64,000 nucleotides of DNA from Bacilli bacterium (GTDB lineage: Bacteria > Bacillota_I > Bacilli_A > RF39 > UBA660), in contig JAFURC010000049.1 in assembly GCA_017472015.1 (NCBI GenBank), positions 22,220 to 86,219 of the forward strand. The letters are read 5' to 3'. Positions 43,609 through 53,643 of this stretch are shown here, one piece after another. The notes under the pieces are model-generated. The model worked only from the letters and a program-made list of their open reading frames with translations, was not told where the DNA came from and did not search any database. The translations under genes were made by a program, and so were the position numbers. Position 1 is the stretch's first letter; each line of letters opens with the position of its first letter.

Positions 43609-45369
43609 ATGGACGGAAAATTAAGAATAGATACTGAATTAGAAACTAAAAATTTTGAAGCACAATTAAACGAATTGAAATCAAAATTACAAGTAATGCA
43701 AAAAACTTTATTAACTGAAAATGAAATTCCGGTTAAATATAGAATGAGTGAATCTGAAAGAATGGCTCTTGAAAGTAGCATAGAAAGAACTAAAAATCAA
43801 ATAATTGATTTAGAACAAAAAATTTCTAATGCTGGAGATGAAAGCGAAAGCACTGGTAAAAAAATGTCAATTAATTTTGAAAAAGGTGTTAGATCGTTGA
43901 AACGATTTGGTTTATCTTTATTTAGTCTTAGATCGATATATTCTTTAGTTAGTAAAGCAAGTTCAGCGTATCTATCACAAAACACTGAATTAGCACAAAA
44001 GTTGCAAAATGTTTGGGTGGGGTTAGGCAGTTTTTTATCTCCAGTTATCGAATATTTGTCTGATGTTTTAATGAAAGGACTAGGATATTTAAATGTCTTT
44101 ATTAAAGCATTAACAGGTACTGATTTTATAGCTAATGCAAACGCTAAGGCGTTAGATAAACAAGCCAAAGCACAAGCAAATTTAAATAAACAAACAGCAT
44201 CTTTTGATGAAATAAATAAGGTTAGTGACACGTCTTCAAGTGGAACTAGTGATTTGAATTTAATAGAAACACCAGAATTAGATGATAAAATGGTAAAAAA
44301 ATTAGAGGATTTAGCCAATTGGTTAATTGAAAATCGTGAATTGATAAAAGATGTAGGAATTGCATTAGGTGTTACGTTTGGAGCAGTTAAAATAGCAGGT
44401 TTGTTAAGTAATATTAGTAAACTAATCGGAAGTGCAGGAACTACTACAGGTTTAATAGGTATAAAAGTAGGATTAATGGCTATTGCAGCTGCATTGGCTA
44501 CCAAATGGGCAGTTGATAATTGGATTGATTTAAAAAACGGAATAGACAACACTAAAGCCTCGTTAGATGATATGAACAATCGTTATACAGAAGGAACTAG
44601 AAGTGCTCAAAAATACAGTGATAAAATGTGGGGAATAGTTGAAAGTGGTAAAGCAACTGAAGAGGTATATGGTTCATTTAAGAGATCATTAAATGAAACT
44701 AACGATGATTTTAAAAGCCATATAAAAACCTTGCAAGATGGAAAAAATTGGTTAGGTCAAATAACTGGTACTAATCAACAATTAACTGAAAGTCAAGCAG
44801 AAGTTTCGCGAGCATTATCAGTAGCAACAGCTGATTTTATTAAATTAAAAGAAGAAGGAAAAGTAACTGATGTTGAATTACAAGAATTTTGTAATACTTT
44901 AGCAAATAATATTAGATATTTAGAAGAATGTGGTGTAAATGCTTTAGATTTAAAAGAAGATTATGAGACTTTAACTGGAAAAAAATACGAGACAACAGTT
45001 TCGGCACAACTTAAGGATGATGTAACTTGGAAATTTAAAAATTTAATTAATAGTTTAACAGGTATGAACATTTATGTTGGAACAACATTTCACGAAAGTT
45101 CTTCTGGAAGAACTCACGGAGGAAACGGTAGAGCATTTGCTAAAGGTGATATTGTGTATCAACCTACTAGAGCCTTAATTGGTGAAGCAGGTTATCCAGA
45201 AGCGATAGTTCCGATGACACCAGATTACTTATCCGTATTAGCGAGTGAAATATCTAGGTATGGTAATAACGGTGGACCTTCAGTTACGAATGTTTATTTA
45301 GATGGTAAATTAATACAAAGACAGTTTTCTAAAAAACAAGAAATATATGATTTTTCTACAAATAATTAG
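43609..45369 (+). CDS. Tape measure protein
   Basis: Coiled-coil and hydrophobic segments; C-terminal LIGEAGYPEAIVPM motif. Confidence 0.8.
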   Translation: MDGKLRIDTELETKNFEAQLNELKSKLQVMQKTLLTENEIPVKYRMSESERMALESSIERTKNQIIDLEQKISNAGDESESTGKKMSINFEKGVRSLKRFGLSLFSLRSIYSLVSKASSAYLSQNTELAQKLQNVWVGLGSFLSPVIEYLSDVLMKGLGYLNVFIKALTGTDFIANANAKALDKQAKAQANLNKQTASFDEINKVSDTSSSGTSDLNLIETPELDDKMVKKLEDLANWLIENRELIKDVGIALGVTFGAVKIAGLLSNISKLIGSAGTTTGLIGIKVGLMAIAAALATKWAVDNWIDLKNGIDNTKASLDDMNNRYTEGTRSAQKYSDKMWGIVESGKATEEVYGSFKRSLNETNDDFKSHIKTLQDGKNWLGQITGTNQQLTESQAEVSRALSVATADFIKLKEEGKVTDVELQEFCNTLANNIRYLEECGVNALDLKEDYETLTGKKYETTVSAQLKDDVTWKFKNLINSLTGMNIYVGTTFHESSSGRTHGGNGRAFAKGDIVYQPTRALIGEAGYPEAIVPMTPDYLSVLASEISRYGNNGGPSVTNVYLDGKLIQRQFSKKQEIYDFSTNN

Positions 45370-45380
45370 GTGGTGATATT

Positions 45381-45755
45381 ATGTTTATAAATAAAGATTC
45401 TATAATTATTGATGATATATCATTTGGAAAATATTTAGTAAGTGCAAAATATGGTTATCATAAATTATGGGGAAAAGATACAGGTAGAACTTTAAGTTTT
45501 AAAATGACAGGTACTCTTGGTGGAATATTCCCGAAAATTACTTTGAATTTTAGTGATGAATTAACGCAAGAAGATTTAAATATAATAACTCCTATTTTAG
45601 ATAAAGAAGAACAGACTTTAAAATATGATGATCCAAATTTAAAGAAGCAAGTTACTTTAAAGACTTATACTGGTGATTATGAAATTTTATATAAAGGTAT
45701 AGAAGAACACGAAGCATTTTCATGTTCTTTTATTTCTAAGGAGAAAAGAAAGTAA
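45381..45755 (+). CDS. Small distal-tail component
   Basis: Position. Confidence 0.4.
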   Translation: MFINKDSIIIDDISFGKYLVSAKYGYHKLWGKDTGRTLSFKMTGTLGGIFPKITLNFSDELTQEDLNIITPILDKEEQTLKYDDPNLKKQVTLKTYTGDYEILYKGIEEHEAFSCSFISKEKRK

Positions 45756-47320
45756 TGAAAGTAAGAAGTGAAGAATTTAAAAATAAAGTAAACGCTTATG
45801 GTAGAGAGTTATCTTCGATAATTAGTTACAATGATAACATATTAGATGATGATGATATTAATAAAGTAAATCCATATTTTAACGCAACAATATTAAAGTC
45901 AGTAATGAAAAATTTAATAATAGATGTCAATTCACCTCTACCTATAAATACTATTATAAATTTGAAAATAGGTGTCAAAGTATCAAATGAGTATGAATAT
46001 TTAAATTATGGTAATTATATAGTTCAAAAAAGTGATTATAATGCAGATACAAATAGCTTTTCATGTCTATGTTACGATAAAATGCTTTATTCAATGAAAG
46101 AGTATATGAATTTACAAAATGGAACTTTTCCGATGACAATAAGGGAATATCTAACTAATTTATGTTTAGATATTGGTATGATTTTTAAAAACACTAATGA
46201 TGTATTTGCTAATTATGATAAAGTTATCGAAAGCGATTTATATGCTAATTTAGGCTATACATATAGAGATATTTTTGATGAGTTATCTCAAGTGACTGCT
46301 AGTACAATATGCATAGATGAAAATGATTTGGTTGAGGTTAGATATATAGTTGATACTAATGATACAATTAATGAAGATTTTTTTCCTGATGTCAATGTCT
46401 CTTTTGGTGAAAAATACGGACCAGTAAACTCAATAGTATTAAGTCGTAGTGCTGAATCTGATAATATTTACTTACAAGACGAAGAAAGCGTAAATTTAAA
46501 TGGTTTATGTGAGATAAAAATTATCGATAATTTGATAATGAACAATAACGATAGAAATGAATATTTGCCAGCTATTTTAGAAAAATTAAATGGTTTAGAG
46601 TATTATACAAATGATTTTACAAGTACAGGTATTTTGTATTACGAACTATGTGATAGATATAAGGTTCAAATTGGTGAGAACACATATGATTGTGTTCTTT
46701 TTAACGATGAAGTAAAAATTAGTCAAGGATTAACTGAAGATATCTATACCGAAAAGCCAAAAGAGAGTGTTACTGATTATACTAAGTCAGATAAAACAGA
46801 TAAAAAGATAAATCAAGCCTATTTAATGGTTGATAAACAAAATCAAACTATAGAGGGTTTAACAAGTAAAGTTTACGGTATACAAATAGAAAACGAAAAC
46901 AGTTATCAAGAAATATTAGAAAAATTTGATGGATATACTCCAAAAAATCAAACACTGGAATTAGAAAATTCTGTAAAAACATTGCAGACAGATACTTATA
47001 CTAAAACAGAAATAAATACTAAATTAACTGATGGTAGCGTAACAATGGTTCAAACAACAAGCGGAACTTTTGATGAAGATGGACTAACAATCGAAAAGAC
47101 AAATGCCAAAACCAAAGGAAATTTCAATGAAAAAGGTGTGCTTGTTATGGACGCAACTGGTAACCAAGAAGAAGAGTTACTTTTCGCCGGATATGATGAA
47201 GATTTAGGTTCAACAATTGTTAGATCTAAAAACATTAGAGTAGAAAAATATCTTAACATTGGAACTCATAGTCGAATTGAAGATTATGAAGATGGAACAG
47301 GTATTTTTTTTGTTGGGTAA
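45755..47320 (+). CDS. Tail-tip / baseplate structural protein
   Basis: Position and size. Confidence 0.5.
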   Translation: MKVRSEEFKNKVNAYGRELSSIISYNDNILDDDDINKVNPYFNATILKSVMKNLIIDVNSPLPINTIINLKIGVKVSNEYEYLNYGNYIVQKSDYNADTNSFSCLCYDKMLYSMKEYMNLQNGTFPMTIREYLTNLCLDIGMIFKNTNDVFANYDKVIESDLYANLGYTYRDIFDELSQVTASTICIDENDLVEVRYIVDTNDTINEDFFPDVNVSFGEKYGPVNSIVLSRSAESDNIYLQDEESVNLNGLCEIKIIDNLIMNNNDRNEYLPAILEKLNGLEYYTNDFTSTGILYYELCDRYKVQIGENTYDCVLFNDEVKISQGLTEDIYTEKPKESVTDYTKSDKTDKKINQAYLMVDKQNQTIEGLTSKVYGIQIENENSYQEILEKFDGYTPKNQTLELENSVKTLQTDTYTKTEINTKLTDGSVTMVQTTSGTFDEDGLTIEKTNAKTKGNFNEKGVLVMDATGNQEEELLFAGYDEDLGSTIVRSKNIRVEKYLNIGTHSRIEDYEDGTGIFFVG

Positions 47321-47330
47321 GAGGTGAGAC

Positions 47331-49385
47331 ATGACTGAAATATTTAATAAAATAATATATACATTTGGTTCAACATCTGCTTTAAAAGCGATTGTTAGTT
47401 ATGAAAAGAAACGAGAAGGAGCAAATATGCTTTATCGTTTCAACTATAAAATCCTGATTACAAACAAATCAGGAGAAGATTATGGATATGGTTCTTATGC
47501 TAACAATTTGCAAGCCGTATTTACCTTGAATGGAGTCAATGTTTGGACTCAAAACACGAAATCAAGTGATACTAGTTGGTCTTTTGAATATACAAGTGAG
47601 TGGCTCACTGTTAAGAATAAAACAACAGGTACAGTACCGTTTAAATTCACTATAAAAGATACTCAAAACTCAAGTTGGTGTAATTATACATCAGGTACAT
47701 ATAGTCTTGGTGTTGATCCAGCAGGTAGTGATATAGGTGCAGTTGCAAACTTCAACATAGGAAATGCAATAACTGTTCCTATAACCAAATATGCAAGTAT
47801 GTATGATGTTTTAGTTGTTAAAATGGGAAGCACATTTATTAAGACAATTAATAATGCTAGTAGTCCTACAACAATAACATTTACTTCAAGTGAGTTAAAT
47901 ACAATTTATGGTTTGACTACAACTGTTCAAAGCACAGTATTTACATTTGAATTAACTACATACGAAGATAGTTCAAAAGCAACGATAGTTGGAACAACAA
48001 AAAGTACAACTGCAAGAGGTTATATAGTTGGCTCTTATCCTTTGATTAATAGCATAACTGCAATAGACACTAATTCAACAACAACTACATTAACAGGCAA
48101 TAGTTCAAAGATAGTCAGGTATAAGTCTAATGTTAAAATAAGTGTAAGTGTAAGCCCTGTAAATCAAGCAACAATAAAAAGTGTTACGATTAACGGAAAA
48201 ACTGCGACTTTGAGTAGTGGTTATTATGTGGCTACATTTAATTCTGTTAATACAAATAGTTTTGATGTAAAAGTTATAGATAGTCGTGATTTTCCAACTG
48301 ATAAAAATTTAACTATATCAAGTTCAAATTATATTCAATATATTCCTTTAACATTAAGTGCTAGTGTTCGTAGAAATCAACCGACAGATGGTAAAGTAGT
48401 AATTGAATTTAGTGGTAATTACTTTAATGGCTCGTTTGGAAGTGTAAGTAATACTTTAACTGTTCAATATCGTTATATTCAAAAAGGTGGCTCTTGGGTT
48501 AATACATGGAACTCACTTACACCAACCATAAGTGGAAATACTTATAAAGGTAGTTTAACCATAGAGGGTTTTGATTATCAAAAACAATATGTATTCCAAG
48601 TTAGAGCAACTGATAAATTTGGTACACCTAGTCCAACAGAAGTTAATGTTACAAAAGGACAACCAATTTTATGGTGGAACGAAACTGATGTTACTGCAAC
48701 CAATAATATGATTGTTGGACAAAATCTAAATGTAGAAAAAAATATTTATAATGGGATACAATTTAGCAAGAATTTTTTAGAGGATTTTAGAAGTCAATTA
48801 TTTAATAAAACAGGTAGATTTAAGGCTTTTAAGGTAATTCGTTCAGCCGTAACTGGTAATAGTGATTTTCCGCAATATAGTGCAGGGATGGCATGGGCTA
48901 TTGAAGACACACAAGGTTTTATCTTAACTAAATATGGTAGTGAAGATGTCATTGTCGGTGGAGGTAATGGAGATGTAATTAAATGGATTAAACATCTTGC
49001 TTTTAAAAATGATTTAGATAGTTATCAATTACAAGAAACCGTATTATACAATAATACAACAGGAACAACAGGAACTATAACATTAAGTCAAAGTTCTGCT
49101 AATTTTACTTATTTAGAGTTCTTTTACAATAAAGAAATTGATGGTAAAAAGATGTTTAGTTCAACGAAAGTTTATCAACCTAACGGAAAATATGTAGCAT
49201 TAGATTTAAGTGCTTATTGGGATGATAGTTCAACAATGCAAACACTTTCAAAATGTGTATATATATCAGGAACTTCTATTGGTGTTCAAACTGCTAATAC
49301 TGCACATGGGAATGTAACTAATGGGGGAACTTTTGCAGGTTTGGAAAACCAAGTATATATAACTCGAATAGTTGGTTATAAATAA
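47331..49385 (+). CDS. Tail fibre / receptor-binding candidate
   Basis: S/T/N-rich beta-type sequence; position. Confidence 0.5.
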   Translation: MTEIFNKIIYTFGSTSALKAIVSYEKKREGANMLYRFNYKILITNKSGEDYGYGSYANNLQAVFTLNGVNVWTQNTKSSDTSWSFEYTSEWLTVKNKTTGTVPFKFTIKDTQNSSWCNYTSGTYSLGVDPAGSDIGAVANFNIGNAITVPITKYASMYDVLVVKMGSTFIKTINNASSPTTITFTSSELNTIYGLTTTVQSTVFTFELTTYEDSSKATIVGTTKSTTARGYIVGSYPLINSITAIDTNSTTTTLTGNSSKIVRYKSNVKISVSVSPVNQATIKSVTINGKTATLSSGYYVATFNSVNTNSFDVKVIDSRDFPTDKNLTISSSNYIQYIPLTLSASVRRNQPTDGKVVIEFSGNYFNGSFGSVSNTLTVQYRYIQKGGSWVNTWNSLTPTISGNTYKGSLTIEGFDYQKQYVFQVRATDKFGTPSPTEVNVTKGQPILWWNETDVTATNNMIVGQNLNVEKNIYNGIQFSKNFLEDFRSQLFNKTGRFKAFKVIRSAVTGNSDFPQYSAGMAWAIEDTQGFILTKYGSEDVIVGGGNGDVIKWIKHLAFKNDLDSYQLQETVLYNNTTGTTGTITLSQSSANFTYLEFFYNKEIDGKKMFSSTKVYQPNGKYVALDLSAYWDDSSTMQTLSKCVYISGTSIGVQTANTAHGNVTNGGTFAGLENQVYITRIVGYK

Positions 49386-49410
49386 AAAAGAAAAGGATGT
49401 GATCTTTTAA

Positions 49411-49740
49411 ATGAAAAAAAATATTAAAATGTATCGTGGCAATAGTTACAATTTAAAAATATCTGTTCTAAATTATGAAAAAGAATTAGATAAAATCTAT
49501 TTCACAGTAAGAGACGATAACGATAATGTAAAAATTGCTAAAAATTTAACTGATGGAATAACAAAAATAACTGATGAGAATGCTTATCGGTTATTTTTAG
49601 TTCCTGAAGATACAGAGAATTTGGAGATTGAAAGTTATAAGTACGACATAGAGATACATGCAGGTGATTACGTTGCAACTAAGGTAACAGGCAAATTTGT
49701 TCTAATGGAAGAACAAACAAGAAAGGAGCAAGAAATATAA
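49411..49740 (+). CDS. Hypothetical tail-module protein
   Basis: Position. Confidence 0.45.
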   Translation: MKKNIKMYRGNSYNLKISVLNYEKELDKIYFTVRDDNDNVKIAKNLTDGITKITDENAYRLFLVPEDTENLEIESYKYDIEIHAGDYVATKVTGKFVLMEEQTRKEQEI

Positions 49741-50354
49741 TGTTTGAAGAAATTGAGTTAGATTTAAAGGAAGATGTTACAGCAGTAGGTTATAGTGACA
49801 ATAACTATAACAAATTAGAGAATAAACCGAAAATTAATGGTGTTGAAGTAGTTGGTAATAAAACCTTAGATGATTTAGGAATACAACCTAAAGGCGAATA
49901 TGCTAAAACAAGCGATATACCTACTAAAACAAGCGTTTTAACAAACGATAGTGGTTTTATAACTAGTATTCCATCTGAATATAAAACAAAGGCTGAAAAT
50001 GACGAATTATATCAACCTAAAGGAAATTATTCTTTTGAAGAAAGCGATCCAACAGTTCCAACACATGTTAAAAACATTAAAGAACAAGATATAACAAATT
50101 GGAATGGTAAAAGTAATTTTGATGGTAATTATGAAAACCTAAGTAATAAACCAACATTATTTAGTGGTTCTTATAATGACTTAAGAGATAAGCCAAATAT
50201 TCCAGACAAAACAAGTGAATTAACAAATGATAGTGGCTTTTTAACAGAACATCAAGATTTATCTAACTATGCTGATAAAGATTATGTAAATAATTTAGTA
50301 GGAAATATTAATGAAGAACTTGCAACCTTAACAACAGTTATCGAGGTGGAATAA
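49740..50354 (+). CDS. Tail-fibre repeat protein
   Basis: Duplicated KTS(V/E)LTNDSGF(I/L)T motif. Confidence 0.5.
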   Translation: MFEEIELDLKEDVTAVGYSDNNYNKLENKPKINGVEVVGNKTLDDLGIQPKGEYAKTSDIPTKTSVLTNDSGFITSIPSEYKTKAENDELYQPKGNYSFEESDPTVPTHVKNIKEQDITNWNGKSNFDGNYENLSNKPTLFSGSYNDLRDKPNIPDKTSELTNDSGFLTEHQDLSNYADKDYVNNLVGNINEELATLTTVIEVE

Positions 50355-51310
50355 TGGCAACAACAACTGATTACTTAAATCAATTAAAAAAAGATTTAAC
50401 AACGGCAAAAACCAATCTAGCAAATTTGGGCGTAGAAGTACTTGAAAGTGATACATTTACGGAAGTTAGTGCTAAAATGGCTGATATTAAAGCTAGTGGA
50501 AGTGGGGAAGTCGAGGTTCAAGCTAATGGTAATAGTTCGAATTATGCTTGGATGCATGCTGTTACTGAACTACCAAAAATTATTGTTAGGAACGTTTCTA
50601 CAAAAGGTTTAAATCATTTTTTCAAATTTTATAGTGGGGAAATATTAAATATAGATTTTACCAAAATGGATCAATCTGCTAGTAGTATAGCAAACATGTT
50701 TGAGTCATGTGCTAGTTTAAAAGAAATACATGGGTTAGAAGGTTTGGATACTAAAGATGTAACAACTATGACAAACTTATTTCAAAACTGTAGAAATTTA
50801 TTATCTGTTGATTTAAGTAATTTTGACACTGGCAATGTTACCTCTATGTCTAACATGTTTAGTGAATGTAAAATGTTAACCAGTTTAAATTTAAGTAATT
50901 TCAATACTAGTAAGGTTACTAATATGACTTCTATGTTTTATTTGTGTTCCAGTTTATCTAGTTTAGATATTAGTAGTTTCGATATGTCTAAAGTTACAAG
51001 TGTAAGTGGTATGTTTGCATTACCTATTAAAAATACATCTTTAACTGACCTAAAATTTGGTTATAATTACGGTGCAGGTTTCTCAACTACTCAAAGTTCA
51101 AATTACTCATATTATAGATTAGATGTATCTAAATATGAGGGTTTAACTGAAACATCTATAATAAGTATATTAAATGGTTTATACGATATAAAAAGCAAAG
51201 GTTGTAATCCTCAACAATGTATATTAGGAGAAACTAACCTAGCAAAACTAACAAGTGAAGGACAACAAGCACTTGCTCAAGCACAGGCTTATGGTTGGAC
51301 GGTGAGTTAA
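50354..51310 (+). CDS. BspA/DUF285-type leucine-rich-repeat protein within the tail module
   Basis: Repeats such as LLSVDLSNFDTGNVTSMSNMF, LTSLNLSNFNTSKVTNMTSMF and LSSLDISSFDMSKVTSVSGMF. Confidence 0.65.
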   Translation: MATTTDYLNQLKKDLTTAKTNLANLGVEVLESDTFTEVSAKMADIKASGSGEVEVQANGNSSNYAWMHAVTELPKIIVRNVSTKGLNHFFKFYSGEILNIDFTKMDQSASSIANMFESCASLKEIHGLEGLDTKDVTTMTNLFQNCRNLLSVDLSNFDTGNVTSMSNMFSECKMLTSLNLSNFNTSKVTNMTSMFYLCSSLSSLDISSFDMSKVTSVSGMFALPIKNTSLTDLKFGYNYGAGFSTTQSSNYSYYRLDVSKYEGLTETSIISILNGLYDIKSKGCNPQQCILGETNLAKLTSEGQQALAQAQAYGWTVS

Positions 51311-51315
51311 TAATT

Positions 51316-51525
51316 ATGAAAGTAATTGAAGAAAACGGATTTAAAAAATTAATTGCCGATGAAGGTAAGAAAATAAGAAATATCAATGATGTTTACGGAA
51401 TCGATGAAGAAGGAGAACACTATCCATATTACGCAACCGAAATTTATTTAGCCAAAAACTTAGATATTTCAAAAATAGAAGAACTTTACACAGAAGAAGA
51501 GGTTTCTGATGAAAAAGTTAGTTGA
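51316..51525 (+). CDS. Hypothetical protein
   Basis: ATG 51316 after GGTGAG. Confidence 0.45.
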   Translation: MKVIEENGFKKLIADEGKKIRNINDVYGIDEEGEHYPYYATEIYLAKNLDISKIEELYTEEEVSDEKVS

Positions 51526-51781
51526 ACAAATTAAATTATGGGAATTCTTAATAGGTTTATTAATTACAATAATCGTAACTATTTGGGGAGTTTTTCTTGT
51601 AGTAAATAATTTTATGGATGAATTAAAATTAATTCAAAAAATGACTCTTAGAAACACCATTTGGAATGAGTCCATTCCAATGGGGGATAGATTAGAAAGT
51701 TGTGATCATTATTTAGAACTAGGTTTTAATTCTCAAACAAAAAAATATTGCAACCAATTATTAAATAGGAGTGAAATATAG
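51509..51781 (+). CDS. Membrane protein (holin-associated)
   Basis: One TM segment LIGLLITIIVTIWGVFLVV; lysis-module position. Confidence 0.45.
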   Translation: MKKLVEQIKLWEFLIGLLITIIVTIWGVFLVVNNFMDELKLIQKMTLRNTIWNESIPMGDRLESCDHYLELGFNSQTKKYCNQLLNRSEI

Positions 51782-51993
51782 TGAATAATAAAATTAAAGA
51801 TAAAATTGCTAAATTAATAGATTTAAAATCTATAATAACTTTAACTTTGATAATTACTTTAGAAATTTTAATAGTAAAAGGAACAGCTCTAAATAGTGAT
51901 TTATTCCTTTTGTTTTCGAATATACTGACAATGGTGATTACTTATTTTTTCACAAAAAAATCTAATAATGAAAGGAGTGATAGTAATGAGTAA
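51781..51993 (+). CDS. Holin
   Basis: Two TM segments and a charged C-terminus; directly upstream of the lysin. Confidence 0.6.
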   Translation: MNNKIKDKIAKLIDLKSIITLTLIITLEILIVKGTALNSDLFLLFSNILTMVITYFFTKKSNNERSDSNE

Positions 51994-52840
51994 AAATGGT
52001 AAATTAATATTTAAGAATTTCGATCCAGTAGTGACTAGTGCATTTGGTTATAGAATTAATCCAATAACAAAAAAAAAACAATTCCATGCAGGAGTTGATT
52101 ATGGAACAAATGGAAAAAAATTACCTCAATATGCTCTTGAAGATGGTTATGTAACAGGTTGTGGAAAAGATAGTACAGGTGCTTTATTCGTTTATGTAAA
52201 ATATCCTAGACTTGGTAAAACTGCAATACATTACCATTTAGACAGTTATAAAGTTGCTAACAATCAAAAAGTAAATGCTAATACTATAATTGGTTATACA
52301 GGAACAACAGGTAATTCAACAGGAATACATCTTCATTTTGGTTGGTTTCCAACAGAGGATAGATACAAAGCATGGGATAAGAAAAGATGGGAAGATTTTG
52401 AAAAATACGAGTTTCCAAAAGTAGAAAATAAATCTAATACATTAAAATACAAAATAGGAGATACTGTTAAAATAAATGCAGTTTATGTATCAAGTACAAG
52501 CAATAAAAAAGTTAATCCAGCAATAACAACAGGAAAAATTACAAGAATTGTTGTAGGTGCTAGAAATCCATATTTACTTGAAAATGGCAATATTGGTTGG
52601 GTAAATAATGATTGCATTGTAAATTCTAATGGATATATTCAAATTAATACAAAAGATGGTGTATGGTGTAGAACAGGTGGTTATGGCTTTAAATATCCTA
52701 AATATAAAGTAATTCCATATCAAACTAAATGTGAATTACTTGCTAAAAATATAGGCTATGCTAATGGATATAATTGGGATAAAGTTATTTATGAAAATAG
52801 AGAAGTTTATTTGCCTAATACTTGGAATAAATATTTGTAA
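51986..52840 (+). CDS. Endolysin: M23 peptidase plus SH3-type wall-binding domains
   Basis: GGAG RBS before ATG 51986; HAGVDY and GIHLHFG metal-binding motifs. Confidence 0.8.
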   Translation: MSKNGKLIFKNFDPVVTSAFGYRINPITKKKQFHAGVDYGTNGKKLPQYALEDGYVTGCGKDSTGALFVYVKYPRLGKTAIHYHLDSYKVANNQKVNANTIIGYTGTTGNSTGIHLHFGWFPTEDRYKAWDKKRWEDFEKYEFPKVENKSNTLKYKIGDTVKINAVYVSSTSNKKVNPAITTGKITRIVVGARNPYLLENGNIGWVNNDCIVNSNGYIQINTKDGVWCRTGGYGFKYPKYKVIPYQTKCELLAKNIGYANGYNWDKVIYENREVYLPNTWNKYL

Positions 52841-52911
52841 TTTATTTTAGGATTCTCACGAGCGTTTTTATTTGTCTTTTGCATTTTAGACGTTAAAGAA
52901 AAATGATGAAA

Positions 52912-52940
52912 AGAGAGTACCCAAATTACTCTCTTTTTTT
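52912..52940 (+). terminator. Terminator closing the lysis operon
   Basis: AGAGAGTA/TACTCTCT stem followed by T6. Confidence 0.7.
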
Positions 52941-52962
52941 GCATTTATTTGGGAGGTGCAAT

Positions 52963-53517
52963 ATGCAAGAAATTTGGAAAGATATAAAAGGATATGAAGG
53001 ATTATATAAAGCAAGTAATTTAGGAAGAATTAAAAGTATGCCTAGACACGGAACACATGTAAGAGAAGAACATATTTTAAAACAAAACGTAAATCGTAAA
53101 GGATATTCAATAGTTGGGCTTACTAAAAATAGTAAAACATCAACTATAACAGTTCATAGGTTGGTAGCAAATGCTTTTATTCCAAATCCTAATAATTTGC
53201 CTCAAGTTGATCATATTAATGATAACAAAAAAGACAATAGTATAAATAATCTTCAATGGATAACTAATGAAGATAATATGAAAAAGGCATGGTTGACCGG
53301 TGCGCGAAGTATAGAAAAAACATACAAAAGAGGTAAGGAAAATTGTCGTGCTAAAATAGTTAATCAGTATGATTTGAAAAATAATTATATAAGAACTTGG
53401 TATTGTATAAGAGATATAGAAAAAGAATTAGGATTTGACAATCGTAACATAAGTGCTTGTTGTAGAAATAAAAGACCAACTGCCTATGGATATAAATGGA
53501 AGTATGTTGATTCGTAG
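52963..53517 (+). CDS. HNH homing-type endonuclease (NUMOD4 plus HNH_3-like)
   Basis: GGGAGG RBS; EIWKDIKGYEGLYKASNLGRI; VHRLVANAF...QVDHINDNKKDNSINNLQW. Confidence 0.75.
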   Translation: MQEIWKDIKGYEGLYKASNLGRIKSMPRHGTHVREEHILKQNVNRKGYSIVGLTKNSKTSTITVHRLVANAFIPNPNNLPQVDHINDNKKDNSINNLQWITNEDNMKKAWLTGARSIEKTYKRGKENCRAKIVNQYDLKNNYIRTWYCIRDIEKELGFDNRNISACCRNKRPTAYGYKWKYVDS

Positions 53518-53525
53518 AATAATAA

Positions 53526-53566
53526 TAGAGGTAGGTATGTTTAATAGCATATTTACCTCTTTTTTT
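53526..53566 (+). terminator. Intrinsic terminator
   Basis: AGAGGTA/TACCTCT stem with inner TATG/CATA pairs, followed by T8. Confidence 0.65.
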
Positions 53567-53572
53567 TATTGT

Positions 53573-53600
53573 TTTCGACAAAATTCGACAAAATTCGACA
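53573..53600 (+). promoter_or_regulatory. Three phased Spo0A-box sequences (TTCGACA x3, reverse complement of TGTCGAA)
   Basis: TTCGACA at 53573, 53584 and 53594; each reads TTTGTCGAA on the minus strand. Confidence 0.55.
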
Positions 53601-53608
53601 AAGGAATT

Positions 53609-53617
53609 TGATATAAT
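53609..53617 (+). promoter_or_regulatory. Extended -10 element TGATATAAT without a clear -35
   Basis: Direct reading; 0A boxes occupy the -35 and upstream region. Confidence 0.45.
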
Positions 53618-53643
53618 ATCGGCAATCAAAGGGGGAATATTGA

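Noticed and set aside
43797-44579. 260-aa minus-strand ORF
   Set aside because: It lies entirely antisense to the tape measure gene. Its composition is hydrophobic and low-complexity, as expected from the reverse complement of an A/K/L-rich gene, and it has no RBS or gene context.
52903-52962. N-terminal extension of the HNH endonuclease ORF
   Set aside because: It contains the lysis-operon terminator (AGAGAGTA/TACTCTCT plus T-run). A GGGAGG RBS precedes the ATG at 52963.
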